Part shown: positions 37,431-50,022 of the stretch, in pieces
Layout of the letters: each line of letters begins with the position of its first letter
How positions within the stretch are numbered: the first letter of the stretch is position 1
DNA from: Ranitomeya imitator
Lineage: Eukaryota
Direction of reading: 5' to 3'
NCBI RefSeq assembly: GCF_032444005.1
Contig: NC_091283.1
Coordinates: forward strand, 842,208,001-842,272,000
Length of the DNA stretch: 64,000 bases
Translations under genes and position numbers: made by a program
The notes under the pieces: model-generated
Database searches by the model: none
Told to the model about the DNA's origin: nothing
The model's input: the letters and a program-made list of their open reading frames with translations, nothing else

Positions 37431-38018
37431 TGACTGCGCCTTCTCTGATGGACGCATTGAATTGATCGGTTGCACTTTACTACGTTCTGTCCTATACATG
37501 AGGTTATGGCTTCCAGCTGTGGGGTCACCACAAGTCCCAGTACATCCTCCCTCCATTAACACAGGGGTCCTAATTTGATTTTGCTCTGCCATAAAGTGAT
37601 TCTCTCCTCAGTACAATCCCATTAAGTAAAAGCGTTAACTGTCTATTGAGTGGTCAGACAATGCACTAGAGCCCCGGCGTCCCCTCCCCGTGTCCTGCTT
37701 TACCTTCCTGTCTCCCCCAGTCCAGGAGGTAAATGCTAATCACATCCTCTCCCCTGAGCCCTGATTAGTGACATATGGCCGCTCTCTAGTGAAAGGAATA
37801 ACCTGCCCGGCCCAGGAAATTCTCCCCTTCCGTTTTGCCACCGCCCATCAGATCCCTGGATAATAATAATCACATTTCGCTCGGCTTCCTCTCATCATGT
37901 CAATCTACTGATATTATGTAAGTGTCCCGACACGAGACCAGTACGTAGCGGTTCTAATATTCCCCGGAGGAAACATTGTATCAGTGAAAAACTGAATGAT
38001 GGAAATTGTGTCTTGTAG

Positions 38019-38155
38019 GAGGATACGAGTCGTTTCGCACTGAATATCCCGAATGCTGCATCGATCAGAGAAGTTTATCTGAAGAGGAGAACGAAAGTGA
38101 CCGCAATGTCCTCTGTGAGAAGATCTCCTCCTTCCAGAAACCGTCCTACGACGAG
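38019..38155 (+). CDS. DUSP5: DUSP5 coding exon 2
   Basis: AG acceptor 38017-38018; (G)GYESFRTEYPECC...KPSYDE; GT donor 38156; phases consistent with exons 1 and 3. Confidence 0.93.
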
Positions 38156-39388
38156 GTGAGCGGGGGGTTCTGCGGCAGATATGGCGGTGGGTTTGACGTC
38201 TTGGTCATGCTTGGTATCTCTGTGCTGCAGACATATTATTCTACAGTCCCCTTATTATTCACGCTCAGATCTGTAGCAATTATCTAATTATTATCCGATC
38301 ATCTCTGCTATGATAAAGGGAATACTGCATAAATTCCACCTTGCTGACGGTTTCCAGCTTTCTAAACCTTCTACATTGTCTTAGATGATTGATCCGTTAC
38401 AGAATGGCGACTGACATCAGAGCTATACGGGGGTCCGATTAGACACGTTGTTAGGAGCGGGGACTGAAGGGTTAATGTGTGATGGAGGCGCCGTGTCTCC
38501 GCGGATGTCGGATCAGCCATGCTTCCGGAGATCAATAAGAGCCCTGGAGGCTTCCTGCGCCAGGATTAGACTTTGCCGGGGAGATGGACTGGAAAGAAGA
38601 GATGACTTGAAGCACAATATCGTCCGTGACTCATCCGCTGCCCCTATAGACACAACACTCTATAACCCCGGGGGATTGTTTTACTGATGAATTATTGATG
38701 GCGGATGATGAATATTTCACAATGTCTCTTACTGCCATACTGTAATATGGATTGTCAGCTCTGGCGATCGGCCGTTCTGGACTCTTCTATAGATGTTTCA
38801 GGCTTCATCTTCTGATGAATTAGTAATTCCTATATGGAAAGACCGTTACTACTTAGTCAGTGGTTTCCAACTGATGCAGAACAACAACTCTCAGCATGCC
38901 TGGAGAGGCGGCTGATGTAGATGAAAGATGCTTTTCACCTTAGAATCAGTTCCTGCCTTTGTACCGAGACCCATTGAGGGGGTGCACGTAGGCTGGATGA
39001 CAAAGTGGCGTTAGGACAGGGACCAGTTTTTGGGATTTCAGCCATGGTCAGTGCCAGAGCTTTTTAATGCCCAGAAAAAGGCGATCGGGCTTCTAAAGCT
39101 CCTATTTGCCCAACCTGGGGTCTGCAGTCAGGAAGTAACGTGGGTGAAGCCGTGGGCCTGGCGATGGGAGGTCTGTGTGGGCTCCGTATGATTCATTGGC
39201 TTATAATTCTAGGGTGTCGAGCCGCAGAGCAGAGACGGAACAGCCTTCCATATTTAGACCGGCTTTGTTTCATCATAGTGTGCGGGGATATTACTCATTT
39301 CATCTGTAACCCACTCGACCTTGATCATTGACCTGAATGTTCAGTGCTTTGTTGGTGACCACCATATTTTGCGTCTTCTGTCTTGCAG

Positions 39389-39608
39389 GGCAGTCCTGTA
39401 GAGATCCTTCCATTTCTCTATCTCGGCAGCGCTTATCATGCTTCCAAATGTGAATTCCTTGCAAACCTCCGTGTCACCGCCTTACTCAACGTCTCCAGAA
39501 AGTGCTCTGATTGCATCAAGGACAAGTATGATTATAAGTGGATCCCGGTGGAAGACAACCACAACACGGACATCAGCAGCCACTTCCAGGAGGCCATAGA
39601 TTTTATCG
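39389..39608 (+). CDS. DUSP5: DUSP5 coding exon 3 (N-terminal part of the phosphatase domain)
   Basis: GSPVEILPFLYLGSAYHAS...WIPVEDNHNTDISSHFQEAIDFI; AG/GT boundaries; 220 bp. Confidence 0.95.
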
Positions 39609-39986
39609 GTAAGGTCTGACCTGAAAATATTATGGCTAACAACGTTTCTACAATTCATTGTATCCTATAACATGGACGTGTACATGATGCTCCAGGTGCA
39701 TAAATCACATTCGATGGCTCCCTGGGGTCCTAGACTTCTCTACCTCCCCCTATACACATGCATGTTCTTCTTGGTCATGCATGTGGTCACGAGGGACTCC
39801 TCCGCTGGTGGCTCATCCAGCAGCGAAGAACATGGTGAAATCCAACATTCCCGATCCTGACCTCTGCTTACAGGGTAGAGATGGGAGCGCCACATAGACC
39901 CTAATTGGTCAGTCGGTCCCAGTGTATCTGCTGGGATCGGCCAATATCCGTCTAATATCTATGGCCAGTGATTTCTGACTTTGTTA

Positions 39987-40481
39987 GGCTGTTTCACACA
40001 TCAGTTTTTTGCCGTCAGTCACAATCCGTTGGCTCGACGGATCCGTTGCAAATTGTGAAAAACAACTGATGCGACGGATTCATTTTTTCGGCAGATCCGA
40101 CTAGCAGATCTGATTAATTGGATCCTAAATAAATTGGAGCATCCTCAGTTAAAAAACCGGAATCCATCACCAGATTCCATCATTTGACAGATCCCATAGG
40201 CTTCCATTCAAGCAAACGACAACAGATCTGTTGCTGTCCAATTTTTCAACGTAAACAAATGTTACTTTGTCCATTGTCTCCGGACAAACAATTTTCGATG
40301 GATCCGATGTATGAAACGTGAGGCAATCTGTCGCTAATACAAGTCTATGAGGAAAAAAATGGATCCGGTGGCATCAGTCACTGGATTCGTGTGTTTTTTT
40401 TGTTTTTTTTGTTTTGGTTTTTTTTTCCCAAAATTCGACAGATTGCAACTGATGGCAAAAAACTGATGTGTGAAAGGGGCC
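39987..40481. mobile_element. PIF/Harbinger-type MITE in DUSP5 intron 3
   Basis: TIR ggctgtttcacacatcagttttttgcc / ggcaaaaaactgatgtgtgaaaggggcc; TTA TSD at 39984-39986 and 40482-40484. Confidence 0.8.
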
Positions 40482-41081
40482 TTACAGGCCATTGGGGAGG
40501 ACAACTGTACTGTATGACACTGCCATAAAGGTCAAGGTGTCACTTAGGGTCAGTCCTGGGTTAGGGAGGGAAGAGGTGAGGAATGTCTGTTTTTACTACA
40601 TGCCCCATAAAGACAGCTGCTGCTGTACGATTTTACGGCTGTCTCCCCAAACCCACCCATTAATTAAAGCCCTGGGAGCAGATTATTTACCTTTCTGAGG
40701 AATTCTCTGTAATTACAGGAACTTCTTCTTCAGGAATAGACCATTTGTCTACATCTCCAGCCATCTCTTAGTGGAACAATAGTTATTACGGGCAATAAAA
40801 GTAACTAATGGCCAGGTGATTAGTGGTCATCTCCGTGCCATAAGTCATTGTTCATGCAGGTGGGCTGCATGGTGGACGGAGAGTTCAGACGGGGGCCAGG
40901 ACAATGCTGAGATCTATCTGGAAGCAACTGTCTAAAGTTGTACAACATTTACTATTTGCATCGGTCACAGATAAAACTGCAACTCTATTGCAGCCATCAT
41001 TAATGCCACCGTATCCAATACTAGAGATTTATTATGCTGCAGATTTCTTCCGTTACTTATATACTATGTTTTCTCCTGCAG

Positions 41082-41476
41082 ATACTGTGCGACTGGCAGG
41101 AGGGAAGGTCCTGGTCCACTGTGAGGCTGGGATCTCCAGGTCTCCTACTATATGTATGGCCTACCTCATGAAAACCAAGAGATTCCGTCTGGAGGAAGCC
41201 TTCGAGTATATAAAGCAACGCCGCAGCCTTATCTCTCCCAACTTCAGCTTCATGGGTCAACTCCTTCACTATGAGACTGAGATTTTCTCTTCCAAAATCA
41301 GTGCTCCCTTGTCCTCCATGCCTTGTAACAGGGACTCCGTGTCGTTCTTCGCAGAAGAGATGGACCTTGGCCAACACTTTGACGGCTCTTGTTTTTCCTT
41401 CCCGACTCCTGTTCCGCTCAGGTCTCCGATGCACCAGTTAAAACTGAGTCCTATCACTGCTACTTCATCCTGCTGA
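41082..41476 (+). CDS. DUSP5: DUSP5 coding exon 4 (catalytic HCEAGISRS loop and C-terminus)
   Basis: AG acceptor 41080-41081; VLVHCEAGISRSPTICMAYLM...ISPNFSFMGQLL; ends PITATSSC*; the four exons total 1116 nt = 371 aa + stop. Confidence 0.95.
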
Positions 41477-42908
41477 TACAGGACCTAATCTTGTGGACAA
41501 ACAGTTATTTTTTTTTTTTTTTAACTGTGCAATATATGAGACTGGTTATCGCACCGTCCCATAGATGCCTGATGTGTCCGTAGAGCTTACATCTAATGCT
41601 TTAATGACTTTCACATTGTGTCCATTCGGATTCCACTGTTTACATCTTGAAGTTCTTAATTTAACACGATCTGTGCCCAGTGTCAAGGTGAAGATGAGAT
41701 ATTTCATAGGTCCAGGGTAAAGGTATAGTGTACGTTCCCCTCTAAATAGATAATATTTGAACAGCCCACCCTTCCTAAATCTTAGGTAGAGCTTTGTGAT
41801 TGGCTAAAGTAATGAATTGCTGCATGGCAAGTATGTAGCTGTGCCCCTAAGTGGTGGCACATTAGGGCCAGTGGGAGTTGGCACATTAGACACATGCAAG
41901 TGTTTTTTTTTTTTTTTCCAGCACCTCCCGGCCTTTATTACTCCTTTTTTGCAATGCCTTCAGCAGGTGCGGGGTGATGGTAGAAACTGTTGTATTTCAG
42001 GGCTTCAAAGGCAACAAAGAAATCTCACAACATCAGAGAGGATAGAATTGATTGCGTCTATTAAAAGAAAAGAGATAAACGTTACAAGTTTTCAAATTGC
42101 AACATTTGTATCACTGTTGCAAAATGAACCTGATCTGAAACCTAGTTCTTTGGTTGTTGCTAAACCTCACTTTTGAGCGTGCTGCCACGGTCCGGATAAG
42201 GTTTAGCTTGCTGGGATTTGTAGTTCTGCACCCTATATTCTTGTTACTTGAACCTCTGCTATTGATTCCACTGTCAAATACGACTCATTGCAACAGAGGT
42301 AAAATTAGACTCGGTCTCACAAAAAAAAAAAAAAAACTGTCCAACTTGTCATCAAGTGTCTGTTTTAGAGCCGTGATTTTGCTGGAAAAAAAAAGTGGAA
42401 ATTGCGATTCGTAGTCGTAGGTGACTTGCAGTGACGTTTAGGGCAAGTATGTTGCGTGCAGATTGCGACCAGCGACAGCAAATCCTAATTTCTTGGAAAC
42501 GTTTGTAACGAAGTTACAGTTGCCATTCACAATTCAACACAGACAATCACTAGCTGCGATTATATCCTCATTCCTGTCCGTGTGAACGACACTTTAATGA
42601 CGCCACCCCGTCTTCTGGAAGAATGCACTACACACATTATTATATGTTGTGGCAATAACCAAGAAATATCTGATCTGTGCTCAGAAGTTCCCCGATAATG
42701 AAAGGTCTGAACCTTTTAAGCCTCAATTTGGCAGGAAAGGATTGAACAGTCTGTGCAAGTGCTGAGGGGGTTAACACTGGATTATTCACTTAACCCCTCA
42801 TCTGCTGGAGGTTACTGTTGCTCATATTCATAACTGAATATTACAGGGTACAATGCAATAATTCTCCTGTGTTTTATAATGGGGGGGGGTCTGAGCCTTC
42901 ATTGTGCC

Positions 42909-42914
42909 AATAAA
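42909..42914 (+). terminator. DUSP5: Candidate DUSP5 polyadenylation signal
   Basis: AATAAA followed by a GT/T-rich tract (tgtgttgtttttt); implies a ~1.45 kb 3' UTR; not verified by transcript. Confidence 0.5.
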
Positions 42915-45306
42915 TGTGTTGTTTTTTTTTTATTTAAACCAATCTCTGATACATTTTATTATTTATCTAAATAAAATAAGAAAACCAAAAAGACGTGTGA
43001 CCACAAGAAACTGAAGCTTCGCCCCTTCACCTGACACCTGTGTCTCACCGCCTGCGACTTCAAAGGGCCGGGACCGACATCAGGTCCTCGGTGCGGCTTC
43101 AAGACCGGACATGCCGCAGATTACCTGCAAACACCCGGTGATCGCTGCCTCCCAACAACTAAATTAGGGCCATTTGTGTTGGAAAAACCCCTCCTTGTTC
43201 GGTCTGGAGCTTTGTACAAGTGCAGTATTGTATTAAACGTCAGTCACCCGGGGGGGTATAGTGGTCGATAGCAGAGACTGTTTCCTTATACTCGCCTGTA
43301 CCCTTAAATGGCTGATAACAGAGAATAAAATAATACATTCATAAGGTTAATGAATAAACTATGCACAGGATATAGAATGCAGTACTCGTTTTGCTCCACA
43401 ATGGTTGTGATCTAAGGCCTAAAGATTTGACCTTTGGGCCCTTACACGAGCATGGGGGGCCCTTGTTGTCTCAGGTGTGTCCAGTATTATATATTATATA
43501 TGATGAGCTTGTGTCAATAGACAAAAGTCGCTGCCAGAAACTTCTGACACTCGCTGATCTCCCACCACGTGAAAGGATCACACATGATGAACAGCAGCAT
43601 ACCCAATCCTGGCCCCCAAGATATGGGACCCCGAGGTCTGCCTGAACCAGCCTGTAGTTAGAGAAGCCTGTCGCTCGCCTACTGGTAGGGAATGGTGGGA
43701 GAAACAGAAATGACGATGATCCCAAAGACCGAACCTCCGCAATAAAGGCAGGAAATCCTCTATCTGGCAGGAGGAGATTGGAGACTTCTACCCATCTCTG
43801 AGGACTATCTCCCAGACGTACGTAGGGTCTGTGGTCGCCATGCATCTCAGATCGTCTGGTAGACACCCCCAACATCCAAGATGACCACTCAGCTTTATGT
43901 TTTCAATGCAGAATGGATAATAAACAGTTTCCAGACGCCTATGGCAGTGGCTTATGTTTCTTAAGAACTGGAGATCGGGCATGTTAAGCTCCAACATGTC
44001 TGATCCCTCTTTCCACTATCATCTGACATTTGTGGAGAACCGGACATCACCACAGATGAGATAGTCAGCTGATCGAGCCAAAATCTGCAGGTTCGGGTAA
44101 CACTTATCTGATGTGTATGGCCACCTTAGTTCATAAGTCATTACATACTTTTCGACATCACTGCACCTTCAATCCCTCATTATTCACTCCCCAAAAAAAA
44201 GAGAAAAGGGGCCTAAAGCTCCTTCTCCATTATGCTGTGTAGGAGCCAAATGTCTGAATGACTCCTCTGTCGTTTGCCTATGTCCTGTTTAGGTTGTGGT
44301 ATACATGGCCCTACACATACAGTATCACGGTACAAAGCCTCCGCTACATTCACTAGAAGGACCAACGTACTGGAACACACGTCGTAACCACTGACTTTAT
44401 ATTTCTAGTTCTGTCCCTTTGTATAATACCTGTCCGCTCGCCCCCAGTATCTAACATACAGCCCTTCACACCCAGTGTATATCCCCAGCCCCTCACCCCT
44501 GGTATATAACCTCCGGCCCCCCGCCATGCCGTCTGCCATTACTACCATGTGACAGAGCGGCCGGTGGGGCAGAGCTCCTGATACCAGCGCGGTCCTGTAA
44601 TAGGAGCCACCGGGGAACAAGTCCGTCCATGACATTTCTACCTCCTGACTCTTCTCCTATCACCTGTGAGTGATGTTATTGAGATGCGGAAGGAACCACA
44701 GACAATCAGTCACAAAGTGGAGACCCCGTAATGTTAGAGATTGGGGGGCCGAGTGCCGAGGAGCAGAAAAGTCACCACCGCTCTGCTGACCCCATAATTG
44801 CAGAGTGCAGACCTCCTCTGGTATCAGCACAAACACTGCTCCCCCACCGGGGGCTTCATAGTAAAACGGCTGCATGCAGCCGTACATCACCAAGCACAAT
44901 GCTGGGTGTCGGATGGAGTGCTGTAAAGCCGCCACCACTGGACTCTGGAGGAGACGTGTTCTGTGCAGTGACGGATCACACTTCTCTATTTGCCTCTGAT
45001 GGAGGAGTTTGGTGATTCCAGAAGGACGTTGCCCCGACTGCATTGTGCCCCCTGTACAGATGGTGGAGGATAATGCAATGGGCTGTTATCCATACAAACA
45101 TGGGGGGAAACACGAGCGGCCGCACAGAGCCTGGACCTCAGCCCCATCCTATAATGGAGATTGTGGGTGCCAACCCCCCAACATCAGGGTCTGACCCCAC
45201 AAAATGCTCTTCTGGATGAAAGCATAAACATTTTCCACAAATGCCTCGAAAGTCTTGCTGAGCCCTTCTCCAGGAGAGCAGAGCCATTATATCTGCAGAG
45301 AGCCGA

Positions 45307-45483
45307 CTCCATATTACTGTGTATGGATGTAGATAGGAGATAAGAGAAGCCCCCGGAGGTGGATGTGAGGGGCACATACTTTCTCCATATTAATGTCTAT
45401 GGATCTAGGTGCAGGACAGAGAAGCCCCCGAAGGTGGACGTGGGGGGGCACATGCATTCCTCCATATTACTGTCTATGGATGT
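45307..45483. repeat. ~76-bp tandem repeat, split by the Gmr1-like element; third unit completes at 49500-49552
   Basis: ctccatatta at 45307, 45383, 45460; gacagagaagcccccggaggtggatgtgggggg resumes after 49500. Confidence 0.75.
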
Positions 45484-47578
45484 TGTAGTGCAGCGGTATC
45501 CACGCTGTGCAGTGACGATGAGGCAGTGACCCAGGAAAGATCAAAGCAAAATGTCTCTTTAACGTTCAACTCACAAAAACACAGCACCCAATATCCTCCA
45601 GATTGCAGCAGGGAACCATATCCTCTGTATTGCAGCCAATAAACACTCCAGTCCACCTTCAGTGACCGGTTGCCGTGGGAGACTGCACCGCTGTGTTAAT
45701 GTTCAACTCGCAGCATTACACAGTACACAATATCCTCCGGATTGCAGTCGGGAACCATATCCTCTGGATCGCAGCCAATAAACATGCCAGTCCACCTCCG
45801 AGAAGAGATGCCGTGGGCGAATGCACCGCTGTGTACGCTGTGGGTGCCAGACCACTCAGCTCCCCTGGCTGTTTGGCTCCGCTGGCTTGTGTTGCCTCAC
45901 ACAGGTGGAGCTCTGCAGAGCCTTCTACTCTGTACTCCTCCAAACACCAGACTGACACTGACCCTGACACCCAAACTCTGCAGGATTTTTAACTGGAATT
46001 TGTGGCCTTGGGCCACATGGAAAACCCCGGAATGAAACGGACTGCACCACTACCGTCCTGTAGTCCATTTCAAAACACAAAAGCCCAGAGGTTTTCTTGA
46101 ATCTGCCTTGGACAAATAGTTTGCCCAAGACAAACACTGTGGCCGTGGTCACACTTGTGTGTGCAATGCGAGAAACTCGCATCAATACCCGTCACTTGGG
46201 ACCGGAGTGTGCAGCTGCATGTATTTCTGCCGGGTATTGAAGCGAGAGACTCGCCCAAGTTTCTCACATTACACTCGCAAGTGTGACCCCGGCCTTATTC
46301 TTATTCCGCATTGCAATCACAGCAACGCCTGTGACTATGCGCATCCTGGGGAACACACAGCGACCCTTGCATATAACACCGGTCACTCCCTCACATACCC
46401 CCTCCCTCTGTTCAAACTTATGGGGTTGAACACTTGTCACCCTACATGGGCGCGTGACAAGGCATCCGCATGACCCTGTGACACCCCGTCCAACACTGAG
46501 AAACCAAAGTAGGGACCAGAACAATCAGTTGACGCAAACATCCCTCCACTTTGCGTTTCTCCTCCATACTTTATTACGTGACTACCCACCTCCCCGTTCT
46601 CCATTGCAGAAGACACGCCTACTTTCCTGACTAACAGTAGATTTGTGCCAGTTTTGGGGGGTCTCGACCTTATTTATTTGGGGTTCACTAACCCCGCCAC
46701 TCATCTCGTAACCTAGTACCTGCCTTCGGGCACTTGGTACTGTTTCCTCTGTACTCATACCTGTGCCTCGATGACTACTTCCCACCGAAACGCCGTGGTC
46801 CGCGCTGGCAACTCTGGGCATACGTCCGTACCACATCGCACCCGAGCCTGAGCCTCCCGATGCTGCTGTCTAGTGAGAGCTCTATCCATTTTACCCTGAT
46901 CCAAGGCCACATCCTTGGCCAGTGCCAGAGTTCCTTGTGCGTACATCCCTAGTCTCCTCTGCGACCACACACTCCCGGTTCTTCCCGGCTTTCATTTTAT
47001 ATGTGTGTCTCTGCGTGGGACCCTGCAACTGAACTGTCCCGAACTTAACAGGGAACATTTCCAGCTTGGGGTTCGGTGGGGTCTCCTCGACCTCTCCTGC
47101 CACAACCTCTAGGGGGAACCTATCAGGGTTACACTCTGTCCTTAGGTTAACGACCCCCTATGGCAGGTATCCCTGACTGGAGGATCTTTGAGTTCTATGC
47201 CCAGAACAAGATTTACCTTGGGAGGTTTGACCCTGGTCTCCCAAAGGGACCAGAACAGGGACAAGTCTCTTCCTAACACAGCCCCATATGGAAGGGTCTT
47301 CACCACTCCCACCACATGCTTAATGTCGCCACATGGTGTGGAAAAATTAACCTCCACAGTCGGGTACACCTGGATTTCCTCATGGATACCCATCACCTCT
47401 ACTTTCTGTCCTTTGGGGTTGTCCTGGCAACAAGCGACCCATGGAACAAAATCACTACGCTCCCCGAGTCCAAGAGAGCCTCTGTTTGGTACCCATTCAC
47501 GAGTACCTGGCACTGCCGCGGTTCGCTGCCGGCAGTGCCTGTAGTGGCAGTACAGACTGGCTGGACATACATAAACAC

Positions 47579-48673
47579 TCACTGAGCATATCTGCAGTCC
47601 ATGGGCTCAGATTTCAGGGGGCAGGTGACAGCCACATGTCCAGGTCCTCGGCACCACCAACACTTAATTGCTGCGGCATGACAACACCTTGGAACCGCTT
47701 TAGGGTAAATGGGACTTTTATCACCCTCACTTCGGGTTACTCCCTCATCACGGGCTCGATCCTGGTTACCCCCAACAGTGGTTTGTGGGCTTTTCCCATG
47801 CTCCTGTATTACACAGTCCTCAGTGGCTGTATACCACTCAATCCAACTTATCAGTTGGTCCAGAGTTCCCAGGTCCCCTTGCACCATCCAATGCTGCAGT
47901 GCGGCCAGCAAAGCCCTCACCAGCTGGTCGACCACCAGCCTCTCTACCATCTGGGTCGGGGTGAAAGTCTCAGGCTGGAGCCATTCCTCCACCTGCAATA
48001 AGACATACGCCTGAGACCTGGCGGGACGAGTCTCTGCAAAGGACCACTGGTACACCCTCTGATCGCCCCTTACCTTACGGATCTCTTCTTGATACTGCTG
48101 ATCACTCAACTTAATGGTCTCCTCTTTACACCGCTGACCGCCCCTCTCCTTAAGTGTCTCCGCTTTACATCGCTGATCACCCCTCACCTTAGGGGTCTCC
48201 TCATTACACCGCTGATCCCCCCTCACCTTAGGGGTCTCCTCTTTACACCGCTGATCGACCCTCACATTAGGGGTCTCTTCTTTACACTGCTGATCCCCCC
48301 TCACCTTAGGGGTCTCCTGTTTACACCGCTGATCCCCCCTCACCTTAGGGGTCTCCTCTTTACACCGCTGATCGACCCTCACCTTAGGGGTCTCCTCATT
48401 ACACCGCTGATCCCCCCTCACCTTAGGGGTCTCCTCTTTACACCGCTGAACGCCCCTCACCTTAGGGGTCTCTTCTTTACATCGCTGATCGCCCTTCACC
48501 TTAGGGGTCTCTTCTTTACACTGCTGATGCTCTGGTGGCTGCCACTGCAACTGCAGTGCCTCTTGCTGCTGCTGCCACTGCAACTCCTGCCGAATGAGGA
48601 CCATCTGCCTCAAAAGCTCATCCATTTTTCCAGCAGGCCTGAGCTGCAGGAATGCCGACCCGCTCACTGACAT
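47579..48673 (-). CDS. Gag ORF of the Gmr1-like element (364 aa) with in-frame 13-aa repeat, SCAN-like domain and CCHC knuckle
   Basis: WLQPETFTPTQMVERLVVDQLVRAL...LQHWM resembles SCAN/Gmr1 capsid C-terminus; CWWCRGPGHVAVTC; expression unknown. Confidence 0.7.
   Translation of the reverse strand: MSVSGSAFLQLRPAGKMDELLRQMVLIRQELQWQQQQEALQLQWQPPEHQQCKEETPKVKGDQRCKEETPKVRGVQRCKEETPKVRGDQRCNEETPKVRVDQRCKEETPKVRGDQRCKQETPKVRGDQQCKEETPNVRVDQRCKEETPKVRGDQRCNEETPKVRGDQRCKAETLKERGGQRCKEETIKLSDQQYQEEIRKVRGDQRVYQWSFAETRPARSQAYVLLQVEEWLQPETFTPTQMVERLVVDQLVRALLAALQHWMVQGDLGTLDQLISWIEWYTATEDCVIQEHGKSPQTTVGGNQDRARDEGVTRSEGDKSPIYPKAVPRCCHAAAIKCWWCRGPGHVAVTCPLKSEPMDCRYAQ
48056..48520 (-). repeat. 39-bp coding minisatellite (CKEETPKVRGDQR, ~12 copies) within gag
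   Basis: Repeat visible in DNA (tttacaccgctgatcccccctcaccttaggggtctcctc) and in the ORF. Confidence 0.9.
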
Positions 48674-50022
48674 ACAGCACGCTTTGGGTTATGTCTCAGT
48701 TCACACTGCCCGCATTCTTTCCACCATATGTCATGCAGCGGTATCCACGCTGTGTAGTGATGAGGCAGTGACCCAGGAAAGTTCAAAGCAAAATGTCTCT
48801 TTAATGTTCAACTCACAAAAACACAGCACACGATATCCTCCGGATCGCAGCTGGGAAACATATCCTCTGGATTGCAGCCAATAAACACGCCAGTCCACCT
48901 TCATGACCTGTTGCCTTGGGCGACTGCACCGCTGTGTTAATGTTCAACTCACAACACTGCACAGTGCACGATATTCTCCGGATCGCAGCCAGGAACCATA
49001 TCCTCTGGATTGCAACCAATAAACATGCCAGTCCACCTCTGAGACCAGTTGCTGTGGGTACCAGGCCACTCAGCTGCCTTCGCTGTTTGGCCTCACTTGC
49101 CACTGTTGCCTCACACAGGTGGAGCTCTGCAGAGCCATCTACTCCATACTCCTCCAAACACCAGACTGACACTGACCCTGACACCCAAACCCTTTACTGC
49201 AGGATTTTTAACTGGAATCTGTGGCCTTGGGCCACATGGAAAACCCAGGCCGGGAATTAAATTGACTGCACCACTACCGTCCTGTAGTCCGTTTCAAAAC
49301 ACAAATGCCCAGAGCAGGTTTTCTTGAATCTGCCTTGGACAAATAGTTTGCCCAAGACTAACACTTACTCTTATTCCGCATTGCAATCACAGCAACGCCT
49401 GTGACTGCAATGTACTCCCATGGCCCCAATACGCCTCCGTGGGCATCCTGGGAGGAACATACAGCGACCTTCACATGTAGCACCAGTCACTGCCTCACAA
49501 TGTAGATGAGGACAGAGAAGCCCCCGGAGGTGGATGTGGGGGGCACATACTTCTGTGTATATGGCATACTAATACACACCAGTCCACTGTACATATTAAA
49601 CCCTATTTTCAGTGCCTATGACTAACAGGTTATAATAAATGGCAATTCGTCAACTAAAACTGGGTTAAGGTACAATTATAAGCTGGAGCTGAGGACCAGA
49701 GAGTATCAAGTGAGGAGGAAGCAGCGGCCGTGATTCAGCGCGTGACTCATCGTGTGTTGTGTGACGGAGCTATTAATATGTTCTCGGATGAGAAATCAAG
49801 AAATTACATCAAGAAAAGAGGCTGGAAGTGAGATGCCCAACACATAAGGGGATCGGGGTCTGCTGCTGCGGGGTCTTTTCTGCAAAGTGAGAGCCCCCCA
49901 CAGACCCCATGTTATGGGCATAGATGTGGGGGCCACTGTAGTGGAAAGTAGGGACCACAGTGTATGTGGCATAATAAAATCCTCTGTGGTAATATTTATA
50001 ATGTATGGAGCTGAACGTGGGC

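Larger units (their letters stand above)
45484..49499 (-). mobile_element. Internally deleted Gmr1-like Ty3/gypsy element with SCAN-type Gag
   Basis: LTRs 45484-46395 and 48729-49499; 4-bp TSD atgt (45480-45483, 49500-49503); PPT ~46398-46410; PBS 48707-48726 complementary to the tRNA-Ala(AGC) 3' end with a 2-nt insertion; ALLDSGS protease, LGRD and GHADALSR RNase H remnants. Confidence 0.85.

Noticed and set aside
38627-38633. Isolated AP-1 sites (TGACTCA here and at 49743-49749)
   Set aside because: A 7-mer is expected several times by chance in 64 kb; no conservation evidence is available
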